A DNA stretch of 64,000 nt, from positions 31,109,996-31,173,995 of the forward strand of contig JAHRHZ010000222.1 of NCBI GenBank assembly GCA_024137785.1, given 5' to 3'. Shown piece after piece: positions 49,149 to 60,830 of this stretch. Source of the stretch: Ginglymostoma cirratum. Taxonomy: Eukaryota. Each line of letters opens with the position of its first letter. Position 1 is the stretch's first letter. The notes beneath the pieces are model-generated. The model ran no database searches. It was not told where the DNA came from and saw only the letters and a program-made list of their open reading frames with translations. A program made the translations under genes and the position numbers.

Positions 49149-52100
49149 TTATAAGAAAAATAAACTGTATAACCTTAATATTCTATTGTACAACCAAGTT
49201 TTGTATTGGGATAGACACTTATAAATATAAACTGTTCATTACTTAGTTTAGGACTTGACTTTTTGTAAGAAATTAGAAACTTGTCTTCATATGCCCTGAA
49301 GAATATTACATTTAGCATTTCATGAATGCAAACTTGCTGGTATACCATGGCATTTCTGTATCTTAGTTTTCTCGCAAAAGCCAATGCAACTTTTATAAAT
49401 ATCATCATCTTTGCTTTCCAGTTGGCTGACTTCATTGTTCTATCTAAACAGCCACAAACCGGAATGTGCTGGTTTCTAAAGTTAAATGTCTGAATCTTAA
49501 AGGCCATGCATGAAGTCTAATTCACATGTCACTGGTTACATTTCTCTGGGATATTAACCTACAGGTGGACTTGACCTTTCTCCTCTCAATCTCAAAGGCC
49601 ATGAATTGACTGATACATAGCCAAAATATGGATAGCTGACAAAACATTGATCTTTATTAGTGTCTTTCAAAATCCAATAACCTTAAAGCATATTTTGAAT
49701 CATGACATGTGTATGGATTGAAGTAACTTTGACATTACCATCTGACAGAAAACATTATTGTAAAAGACTACTTTTGTGCTTCTCAACCTAATAGTGCACT
49801 GAAGGGTCAGTATCACTTATGACTCTGACTTTCCTCATCAACAGTTACTCCGTTGTTAGTCTATAAGGTTGACTGACACGGAGAGTTTCCTGGAATGATA
49901 AACATTTTTGTTTATCGTTCTGGGCTAACTTGAGTGCAGCAGTTGTTGGTTTAATTGTTTAAAAATGCTCTCTATACCCTTGCAGCAAAGAAAGCAATGA
50001 ATGGCTTTGTGGCATTTTGCACCAAATCACTTGATGGAATTTCTCATCAAAAGCAAGAATTCAGATTGATATCCTTGTAACCCTACTGATGACTGGAAAA
50101 TGGTAAGAGTTAATGTGAAGGCTTAAAATCATGTTATTAAAGCAACATTGGGAGACAAAAACCTTTCTCAACTTAGCCTGGTAGACTTCAGGTTAGAAAT
50201 ATGTTTTGTGTGCCATTTGTATATAAAGCAGGTTTCACGAGAGTAAGGAAAATGAGGTGAGATTCTAATCAAAGTATAGCTACCAATGTGTCAGCTGTAT
50301 GTATTGAGGAGAAGCAGAATTCAGGATATCCTATCTATGAATGAATGTCCACTGTACTGACATCGCAGGAAGTCAGCACCACTATCCAAGTAAGAGGCAA
50401 AACTATTAACCTTGTTGAAAAAATAATGTTGTTTGAGATCCAAGGATCATAGCAACACCATCATGGATGTTCCTACACCTCAAAGACTGCAATGGTTTAA
50501 GAAGGCAGCTCATAACCATCTTCTCTGGGGCAATTAGGGGTGGGAAATTAAGACTAGCCTATCAAGTGCCATCCACATCCTATTTTCAAATAAAAATAAA
50601 TCTGTCAGAAATGTGTTGGACTAACCAGAATTATAAAACAGCTGAAAGAATTTTAGTGTTGAAGTCAACACTTTGTAATATGGTATATGGTCAGCTTCTG
50701 ACATATGGAAATTCTAGGTAGTCTTATCTTGCCAGATACCTTAAAATCTGATATATTCTTACTCATCTCTTGCCAGGTAGTCTAGGCGTATTAAGTTTAC
50801 CTTCAAATCTTTCCAGGAATGATGGAGTATTGTTTTCCCTGGGAAGAGTGCAAACTCAGTTACCCTGGTTATATTTATCTCATATTGCAGTACACTTGCC
50901 TTACCAACCATCAGAAATGAACTGGGACCAACAGCACTGCGGCATTTTCCAAAATACTTTATTGTGAGTTCTCCATATTGCAAACTCTGTCCTTATATTC
51001 TCTCTGAAGTTCCTTACCCATAAGGCATGTGTAGGGAGTGATATATTGTGGGTATTACTTCTGAGCTTTTTAAAATATCCTAGTAGTTCTTGTTCTTGTG
51101 CTTAGCTGCTGAATCTGAAATGATCCAATCTGTTTAAATTTAAGGACATTACGATCATGAGATTTGAGGTCCTTTCTTTAGTGATGCAGACAACAAGTGC
51201 TCCAACAAGGTAGGGATTTTATTTAAATATGTTTCATAATCCTTGCAGCCTGTCACGGTTTACATGGAACATAGAACTGTACAGCACAGTGCATTCATCT
51301 CAGACCATTCATAATGATTCAAGAGAAACTCTTGCCAGGCTGATTGACTCAGTCTTTATATTTTCCAACCATTTCTATGCTGACTGTAGAAAGATAACAT
51401 GGTGTTGTCTGAAAGTTGTCTGCAGCTATTGGTTATAAAATGTTGTAGTTGTCACTGCTGCTGTTTCTGGTTCCTCACATGGGCTGCTGTTTAGACAGTC
51501 CTCATGTCACCCTGTCTAAAAACAAGTCACAAAACCAGAACATACTTTACATATTCATGACAGTTGAAATTTCAACATTTTTGGATTTTGAATTTTAATA
51601 AATTTGGAGATTTCCAACAATCACCAATGATTCTAAAGCTCTTAGCAAAATATATGGATAAAACAATATATATTTTACACATTTTGTTAGAGCAATGGTC
51701 CAACTCTGTGACATTTACATAGGTAGAGTCTAAATGTTTCTCTGCCTAAAGTGAACCCCAGAAAGGTTGACAAACTATTTTGCATTGTGACTGAAGGAAC
51801 TCAACTGCGTTGTCAGACCTAATATGTCAATGCATTCTTCTATAAACAGCGTGCAACAAAATAGTACAGCGACTTCATAAGATACATGTATAAATTCTCT
51901 TTCCTGAATATAAAAATCTCCCGTTACACTATAATGACTAGATGTAAGTGTAAATACTTGAAGAGCTGGACCAGGAGCTGAAACCATCGAAGCCTTCCAC
52001 CAGAGTGTGCAATAACACAAGATATTAATGTATAGTGAAGGTGAAATTGCCAAATACCTAAGATAGATTTCTGTATTTTGGATTATTACATACTCTGCTT

Positions 52101-53477
52101 GTAATTGGAAACAAGATAAATGTTCTCGGCACCAAAAAGTTCTGATGAATAATTTTAACCCATGTTATTAGTATCTTATATATACATTTGTATTGCAACA
52201 TAATACAACTAACTGCATTATTTTTCAGAGCCACAGCTTTGCATCATAGTTTAGTTTGAAATAAATACTGAATTTAAAAAGTCCCCGTCTGAAAAATCTT
52301 GTCCAGATTTCAGTTAATGTTTTAGGACAGAATCTAAAATGGCTGAGTTAATGCTCATAGGTGCATTTGTTGGCTGGACATGTGAATTAGAGTCAGAGAC
52401 CCACAGATCACAGACGATCACTCAGCCTGTCATATCCATGCTGGCACTTGGAAAGAGCTTCTCTGGCAGGAGTCCAGCTTCAGAGAGGTCTGCATGTGTA
52501 TGTGAGAGATTCAAATTGCAGGGAGAGAGAGTGAGGTCTGGAGATTGTGCGAGCAAAGGAAAGTGTGGTGGCCTGCTTTAGGGAGCAACCATGGGGGCAG
52601 ACCTTGGGGATACAGGATTAAGTTTATTTTTCAAAAATTTGTTTTTGTGTCATTATGTGTAATGACCAAGCGAGGGAATGATTAATATAAAAATCTGCTT
52701 AATTATGGGGCAAATTTAAGACACTTTCTGCAAAGCCAGTTTGGAGTGAACCAAATTTAGTGTGAAGAAACACAACTCTCTTAGTTTAGCTTTGTAACTT
52801 AAAGTGCATATTGCTGAAAAATGATATTTGACGAAACTTTTCACTTTGTACTCATCAAGACATTTGGCAAAAATGAGCAAAGGGAAAACAATTCATAGAT
52901 ATAAGGAAGTTTGTATATTTGTAATTGAAAGGGCACAACCTAAACTAAAATATCTATTTGATCCAATTTTTTATTCACGAAATGCATCCTCTAATTTTAG
53001 TAAAAGCAAAATACTGCAGCTGGAAATCTGAAACAAGCACAGAGAATGCTGGAGAAACGCAGCAGATTTGGCATCAGCTGTGAGAACAGAATTAATGCTT
53101 CGAGTCCAGAATGACTCTTCAGAGCTTTAATGTTTCGCTTTATTGCTCCTTTTATACTTGGTTCTTTGATTAGAGGTGGAAATTAGAAATGGCCATTTTC
53201 CAAATTCAGATGACCAGCATGCTGCCTTGCCCACCAGCTGTGTATATCTGAAAAATACAATTAATTGCCAATGAATTTCCAACCATTAATTTATTATGCA
53301 TAACCAGTGCGAAAATGCTCCCTGCTGTTCAGACAAATTCATAAAAACAACTTTATATTGCTTGAGTACAAACAATACTAGTTAAAGTTCCTTTCAAATA
53401 CAATTCTCACTTAAAGTAAGAAACAGGCTTACCCTCCTATTTAAGGTATGAGCTTTACAAAGCAAGCTAGAAAGAGA

Positions 53478-56400
53478 ATCAAGTCAGCGAAACGAAGGGG
53501 ATGGTCATTGACTTCAGGAAGTGGAGTGACGGTATGCCCCTATCTGCATCAATGGTGTTGAACTGGAAATGGTCGAAAGCTTTAAATTCTTGGGAGTGAC
53601 GATCACCTACAAACTGGCCTGGCCCATCCATGTTGACACAGTTGTCAAGAAAGCATAGCAACGTCACTACTTCAGGAGGCAAAGGCATTTCGGCATGTCC
53701 ATAAAGACTCTTACAAATTTTTCATGGATGCACCATCTGGATGCATCGCAGCATGGTACGGCAATTGCTCTTCCCAAGATCGCAAGAAACTACAGAGAGT
53801 GAACATAGCCCAGTCCATCACACAAACCAGCCTCCCATCCATTGACTTCATCCAAACTTCCCGCTGCCTTGAGAGAGCAACCAACATAATCAAAGACCCT
53901 TCCCGCCCCAGCTATACTCTGTTCAACCCTCTTCTGTTCAGGCAGAAGATATAAAAGTTTGTGTACACATTCAAACAGATTCAAGCACAGCTTCTTCCCC
54001 GCTGTTATTAGTCTTTTGAATGGACCTCTTTAATGTTAGTGTTGATCCCTCTGAGCACCTTATCGGCAGCTGTAACATTGTATCTTGCACTCTGTTTGGT
54101 CTGTAAAGCACATAAGACAACACTTTTCACTAAGGTTTTGGAGTAGATTTGTAGCTTGGGTTGTGTGTGTTGAGGCTGGTTGGCTCGCTGAGCTGGTTTC
54201 TTGTTTCGTAGATGTTTCATTACCCTGCTGGGTAACATCATCAGCGCAGCCTCCGTTGAAACATCGGTGTGTTTTCCTGCCTGGTTTTTAAACTCTGGAT
54301 TCCATTGAGATTGATCGCCTCACTTCCAGTTTTCCTTCGTAGTGGAGTGTATATGGGGTCAAGTTCAATGTGTTTATTAATAGCATGCTTTGTGGAATGC
54401 CAGGCTTCTAGGAATTCTCGTGCCTTTCTCTGCCTAGTCTGTCCCAGGATCTTGGTGTTGTCCCAGTCGAAGTGGTGGTTCTCCCTGTCCATGTGGATTG
54501 AGATGAGTGAGTATTGGTCGTGTCTTTTTGTAGCCAGTTGGTGTTCATGTACTCTTGTTGTTAGTTTCCTTCCTGTTTGTCCAATGTAGTGTTTCTCGCA
54601 GTCTCTGCAGGGATTCTTGTAGATGACATTGGTCCTGTCCATGGCGGGGAGTGGGTTTTTAGTTCGGGTGAGCAGTTGTCGAAGGGTTGACGTGGGCTTG
54701 TGTGCCACTCTGATGCCCAGAGGTCGTAGGAGTCTTGTGGTGAATTCTGACGTGTTCCTGATGTAGGGTAGTGTGATGAGTGTGTCGAGGCATGTAGAAT
54801 TTTTCTGATGCTGTTCGTGTAGGCATCTTCTGACCCAGTTCTTTGGATGTCCATTATCCTTGAAAACCTGGAAGAGGTATTCCTCCTCCTCTTGGCGTAG
54901 TTCCGTGTTGCTGCAGTGTGTTGTTGCCCTTTTAAATAGTGTTTGCACGCAGCTTCGTTTGTGTGTGCTGGGATAGTTACTGTTGAAGTTCAGTACCTGG
55001 TCTGTGTGTGTGGCTTTTCAGTGTACCTTCATTTGCAGTTCCCCACTTGTCTTGCGCTCTACCATGACGTCCAGGAATGGGAGCTGTTTGTTCTTCTCCT
55101 CCTCTCTGGTGAATTTTATTCCTGTGAGGGTGTTGTTTATAAGTTTATGTGTCTCCTCTAATTTAGTCCGTTTAAGGATGACAAAGGTGTTGTCTATGTA
55201 GCGTACCCACAGTTTTGTTTGGATTTGCGGAAGGGCAGTCCTTTCTAGTCTTTGCATCACTGCTTCTGCAATGAGTCCGGCCAGTGCAAACTGACCCGAC
55301 ACCGCAACTAGGCAACAAAATCCTCTGCACGCTGCAAAGACTTAAACAAACAGGACAGATCAACAAAACAGACTTCTTAAGAATGAAACCCAAAGGAACC
55401 AACACACCCTGATTCTACGGCCTCCCTAAAGTTCACAAGCTGGAAGAACCCTCAGACCCATAGTCTCCCTACCAGGCACTCCATCGCACAGTTTAGCCAA
55501 AGAACTACAAAGGAGACTCAGGCACCAAGTCAACAAGTCACCCCATTCTATCCATGCAGCCCCAGAATTCTTCAACACCATCAAAGACATAAAGATAGAT
55601 GACAAAGAGACCATGATATCGTTTGATGTCACTGCCCCATTCACATCAATAGACATACCACTAGCAAGGGAAACAACGACAATACTACTGGAACAAGAGC
55701 ACGACCCCAGTGAAACCATTTCCAAGGACAACATGCTCAAACTATTGGACCTATGCCTCATCACCCACTTCACTTTCAACAGCCATACATACAAGCAAAT
55801 CAACGGGACACCCATGGGATTATCTATCTCGGGACTCATAGCAGAAGCAGTGATGCAAAGACTAGAAAGGACTGCCCTTCCGCAAATCCAAACAAAACTG
55901 TGGGTACGCTACATAGACAACACCTTTGTCATCATTAAACAGACTAAATTAGAGGAGACACACAAACTTATAAACAACACCCTCACAGGAATAAAATTCA
56001 CCAGAGAGGAGGAGAAGAACAAACAGCTCCCATTCCTGGACATCATGGTAGAGCGCAGGACAAATGGGGAACAGCAAACGAAGGTACACTGAAAAGCCAC
56101 ACACACAGACCAGGTACTGAACTTCAACAGTAACTATCCCAGCACACACAAACGAAGCTGTGTGTGAACACTATTTAAAAGGGCAACAACACACTGCAGC
56201 AACACGGAACTACGCCAAGAGGAGGAGGAATACCTCTTCCAAGTGTTGAAGGATAATGGACATCCAAAGAACTGGGTCAGAAGATGCCTACATGAACAGC
56301 ATCAGAAAAATTCTACATGCCTCGACACACTCATCACACTACCCTACATCAGGAACACGTCAGAATTCACCACAAGACTCCTACGACCTCTGGGCATCAG

Positions 56401-56980
56401 AGTGGCACACAAGCCCACGTCAACCCTTCGACAACTGCTCACCCGAACTAAAAACCCACTCCCCGCCATGGACAGGACCAATGTCATCTACAAGAATCCC
56501 TGCAGAGACTGCGAGAAACACTACATTGGACAAACAGGAAGGAAACTAACAACAAGAGTACATGAACACCAACTGGCTACAAAAAGACACGACCAATACT
56601 CACTCATCTCAATCCACATGGACAGGGAGAACCACCACTTCGACTGGGACAACACCAAGATCCTGGGACAGACTAGGCAGAGAAAGGCACGAGAATTCCT
56701 AGAAGCCTGGCATTCCACGAAGCATGCTATTAATAAACACATTGAACTTGACCCTATATACATTCCACTACGAAGGGAAGCCGGAAGTGAGGCAATCCAT
56801 CTCAACGGACTCCAGAGTTTAAAAACCAGGCGGTAAAACACACAGCCGCTTCATCGGAGGCTGCACTGAGGATGTTACCCAGCATGGCAATGAAACATCT
56901 GCAAAACAAGAAACCAGCTCGGCAAGCCAACCAACCTCAACACTTTTCACTGTACACATGACAATAATAAATCAAATCAA
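53478..56980 (+). mobile_element. Rex1/Babar-like LINE 3' end (53478-54131), resuming at 56941-56980 after a PLE insertion
   Basis: SGCIAAWYGNCSSQDRKKLQRV...IIKDPS.P motif. The tail ...caacacttttcact|gtacacatgacaataataaatcaaatcaa matches the uninterrupted tail at ~46930-47070. Confidence 0.85.
54132..56940. mobile_element. Large PLE fold-back: minus arm ~54132-55283, plus arm ~55284-56940 with RT and GIY-YIG
   Basis: MISFDVT..FTSI, HFTFN..TYKQINGTPMG..ISG.IAE, WVRYIDNTF, LPFLD (RT); NVIYKNPCRDCEKHYIGQTGRKLTTRVHEH...REFLEAWHS (GIY-YIG). TSD (caa)CACTTTTCACT at 54118-54131 and 56938-56951. Hammerhead cores at 54211-54244 (-) and 56866-56899 (+). Confidence 0.95.
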
Positions 56981-59900
56981 AAAACATAATTATTGTTATG
57001 ATTAATTTCCTAGCAAAGTACTTTCTGCTACTAAAAAGTATCTAGATATAATTAAAAAGAGTTGTCAGATGATTACAAGATTTCCACTGTGCTATTTGTA
57101 ACATGATAGATTGATGGGATGATGACAAAAACAAGAACACAAGATGAATGGGCTGTTTTGAAAGGTTGTAGATTTAGTTTGTGTGGCACATCTTGGTTAT
57201 TATAGATGTTATACAACTGTCATATAAACAGACATTTCTGAAAATCCCTAATGAATTCACCTTGTAGCTCTGTCCCAGTAGCTATCTATGATTTTGCTTT
57301 GTTTTCCAAGTTACTTTGTCTTGAGGAATAAATTTTGGCTCAGTTTCCTTATGGAACTACAATACTTATGCATATTAGAATCCTGAAATTATGGACGATG
57401 AGCAGAGCACACAACTTGCCATACATCAGGAGCAAATTAGAGGGAGTACCGAGACCTCTCTAAGCACGTGGCTTATTCTAAGATTCCTTTTTCTGGGTGG
57501 CCCTTCTCAATGATGCTAGAAGATAAAACAGTATTGTATGTCCCTCTCTTTAAGAAGGCAGTTAGCAGTTTGCTGTCTCAGAAAATGGAATAGGAGGATG
57601 ACTGATCTGTGGTACCTCCTGCATTTTGCCTTTGATGTGCAAAAGATCTATGCCTAATTGGACAGTCAAGGAATAGAATATCTTTTAGCTCAAATTGTGT
57701 TGTGGATTTAGACTAGGAGCTTAAATCTATAGCCTCAAGCATCCACAGAAACTCTGCGGCTTGATAACAATTAATAACCCAGTCAACCATTTGTCCTGAT
57801 CCTGCATTAAATGTATCAATTTGCATTACCCTGGTCAATAAAGCACTATTTACTTTTTACAAAAATATACAGCAAATAAATTTGCTTGGTAGAAGCCATC
57901 TGTTACTCCTGGAATGATCCAATAAGCGAAAAAATTAAGGAATAAAATGCTTTTCTGAGCCACACTAAGTAGGGTCCTGAATCTTGCTCAATGCTGATGA
58001 TGTCATACTGTTCACTCTCATTGGAAGTCAGCTACAAAGACCAATAGATTGTCTTTCCCATGATTGTAATCTCTTATCCTTGACTATAAGCTTCAAGAAA
58101 GCATGCTCAAGGAGCAGGATGTCACAGCTCCATTCAAAATCCCACTAAATAACATACCACTGGGAGCAGGAAGCAGGTATTGGACCCAATTGTTAATCTG
58201 TCTCTTGATGCAGAACTTGGTATAAATAAAGGCAATGCAGTGACCACACCTGGATGACTCAGGAAACATGAGCTGAATTTAAGACCAAGATATTTGGCCA
58301 CAGGGTGGTACCTGCCACAGGGAGGTTAACGCACATGACAGGAGGAGTGGCGCATTATGGCTTGGGGCATCCTGCTGCTGGTGAACTGTCTGCATCTCAG
58401 CAGCATGTTATGTGTCTATAACTTACAGCTATCAAAAAGCAAGTGTAGCCATTTACATCTTTGCTGTTTGCCATACAATTTAGTCATCTCATTGAAGAAC
58501 AATATCACCTACATCGGGGATTGGGCTCTTCAGCTATCAGCGAATATGCACCATTTGAGGCTACCCTGTCGTGAATGGATTTGATTTATTGCATGTTCAT
58601 CATACACAGATGAAAGGAGGATGACAGAATTCATTGTTACAGTTTTGGTGCTAGACTCGGGTCTTATCATCAAATTAAACGAGGTGTAAAATTGAAGGAT
58701 TTTCTCTCCTCTCCAGAATCCAAGACCTCGAGAAGAGTAGATCCAGTGGAATTATACACGTCCCAATCAAACAGAATTTCAGGATTTAAATTTTCCTTGC
58801 ATTTTAAATTCATACTTTATCCTCTGGATTAAAGTGTCTTTCATTATTGAATTAATACTGAGGGAGCACTGATGAGACACCCTCATCAGTCTGTTCATGT
58901 GGATGTAAAAGATGTAAAAGAACAACGTTATTATGTTGGAGAAGAGCAGGGGAGTTACCCATTGGTTCTGGGAGCAACAGTTACCCTCAATGAACCTCAG
59001 AAAACAGATAATCTATTAATTATCACTCTGATTTTTGTGGAATTTTGCTGAGCACCATATTGGCTGCTGCGTTTCAGACATAATGACAGTGGTTACACTC
59101 TAAGAGGTACTTCATTTGTTGTAAACCTCCTTGAGAAGTTCAGCGGTCATGAAAAGTGTGACATAAGTGTAAGTCTTTCTTCTGAATGTCAATTTTTAAT
59201 TATTTACATATTTAGTGAACCTGCTTGCTGTTTCATGCAGGCACTCCAATTCAACAGTTGTACCTCTGAGAGGATGTAGTGCACAAAGCATTATGACCCA
59301 AAGTTTGCTGCTCCAGCCTCAATTTATCAACCTAAAATGTGTGAAACAAGATTAAATTCCCCTTGATGTTTACAGCTACTTTAGCGAGATAGAGCAGGCT
59401 TCTAGCTATCAACAACTGTGACTAGACAATTGCTAATATGTTTCCCAGAGTAAAGGATGGCTGATTCTGGTACCAGAAAAAAATACATTTTGAAACATGT
59501 TTACTGTATAAAGATGGGAAGCAAAATATTTGAAAAATATCAATCAACTACAGTTTGCTAGAAACTTAGGTTACCTTTAAGTATTGACATTATAATTTAT
59601 CAGTCCTTGTATTCTTTTAAGAGAATAACTCAGTCTGTCACTTGACCTTTATAAGTGTTAGCAAGAACACAATAGAAGAATGATTAGATAGAAAATCAAG
59701 GACAGCTAAGGTGAATGATTCTTAATATTTCATCTGATGGTTGTTTTTGAGCTTTTGAAATTTTTCTTAAGCACTATTACTTAAAAGGAATAGGTGACCT
59801 ACATTTATCATACTCAAAGCTGAAAGGTGTTTACTACAAACTTAATGTAACTTTGTAACACAGTATTGTTTATTTAATGGATTAATTAGTTACACCTCAC

Positions 59901-60429
59901 CTACTTCTCTGCAATTATAAATCCATTTGAAAACAAAACAGACCATAATGATAACTTAGGTTCAAAGGATAGGCTTGTTATAAAATTAGATTGAATGCAG
60001 TGAAGTGGATTTATAAATCTAAACTAATGTCATTAAACATCTCATTAGATCCTGCAAATGATTTTTCACAACACCTCTACCTGTCTATTGGAATTATTTA
60101 AAGAGGCAATGTAAGATTTGAGTGGGGTGGCTACTATGTCTTGATTTTGATTTTAGTTCATCAAAACCAATTAATAAATGATACAAGTAAATAAAAATGA
60201 ATTTGCAACATTCTGCCGGCATTATTTTTCTCCTTTCCTGTATCAATTACGGCAGTGCACAATACAATATTGTGAAAAAAGAGGAAGTATTTGTACTTAT
60301 ATAGCATCATTCTCATTTTCAGGACAACTTAAAACACATTAAAGCCAATGAGTTATTTCTAAATGGTTTACACCACATATTTTGAAAGAATACGTGGAGG
60401 AAAATCATTATCACACATCATTTAAAAAC

Positions 60430-60830
60430 AAAGTTGGTGAAATGTGTAGTGCTAGAAAACAGGGAAATAACTAAAGTAATTTCTATATTTAAGAAGAGGG
60501 ACAGAACATATCCAGGGAATCACGTGGGAGGGTCTGAAACCAGAGGGCATATTCTCAGAATAAGGGGCTGCACATTTAAGACAGATATAAGGAGAATTTC
60601 TTCTCTCAGACTGTAATACAGTTTTTACCACAAAGAGCTATTGAGGCTGGGTCATTTTTTTATACAAGGCTGAGGTGTTAGATTTTTAATCAGTAAAGAA
60701 ATCAAGGTTATGGGGAATAGTCAGGAAAGTAGAGTTGAAGATTATCAGATCAGCCATGATCTCATTGAATGGTGGAGCATCGATGGGCTAAATGGCCCAC
60801 TTCTGTTCCTAATTCTTGAGGTCCTCTGGA
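60430..60830 (+). mobile_element. CR1 LINE fragments
   Basis: IFKKRDRTYPGN and ETRGH.LRIRG..FKTD.RR motifs plus the CR1 3'UTR. Confidence 0.7.

Noticed and set aside
55613-56836. PLE RT/GIY-YIG ORFs as an active or domesticated gene
   Set aside because: 5'-truncated, in-frame stops, and the catalytic motif reads YIDN rather than YxDD.
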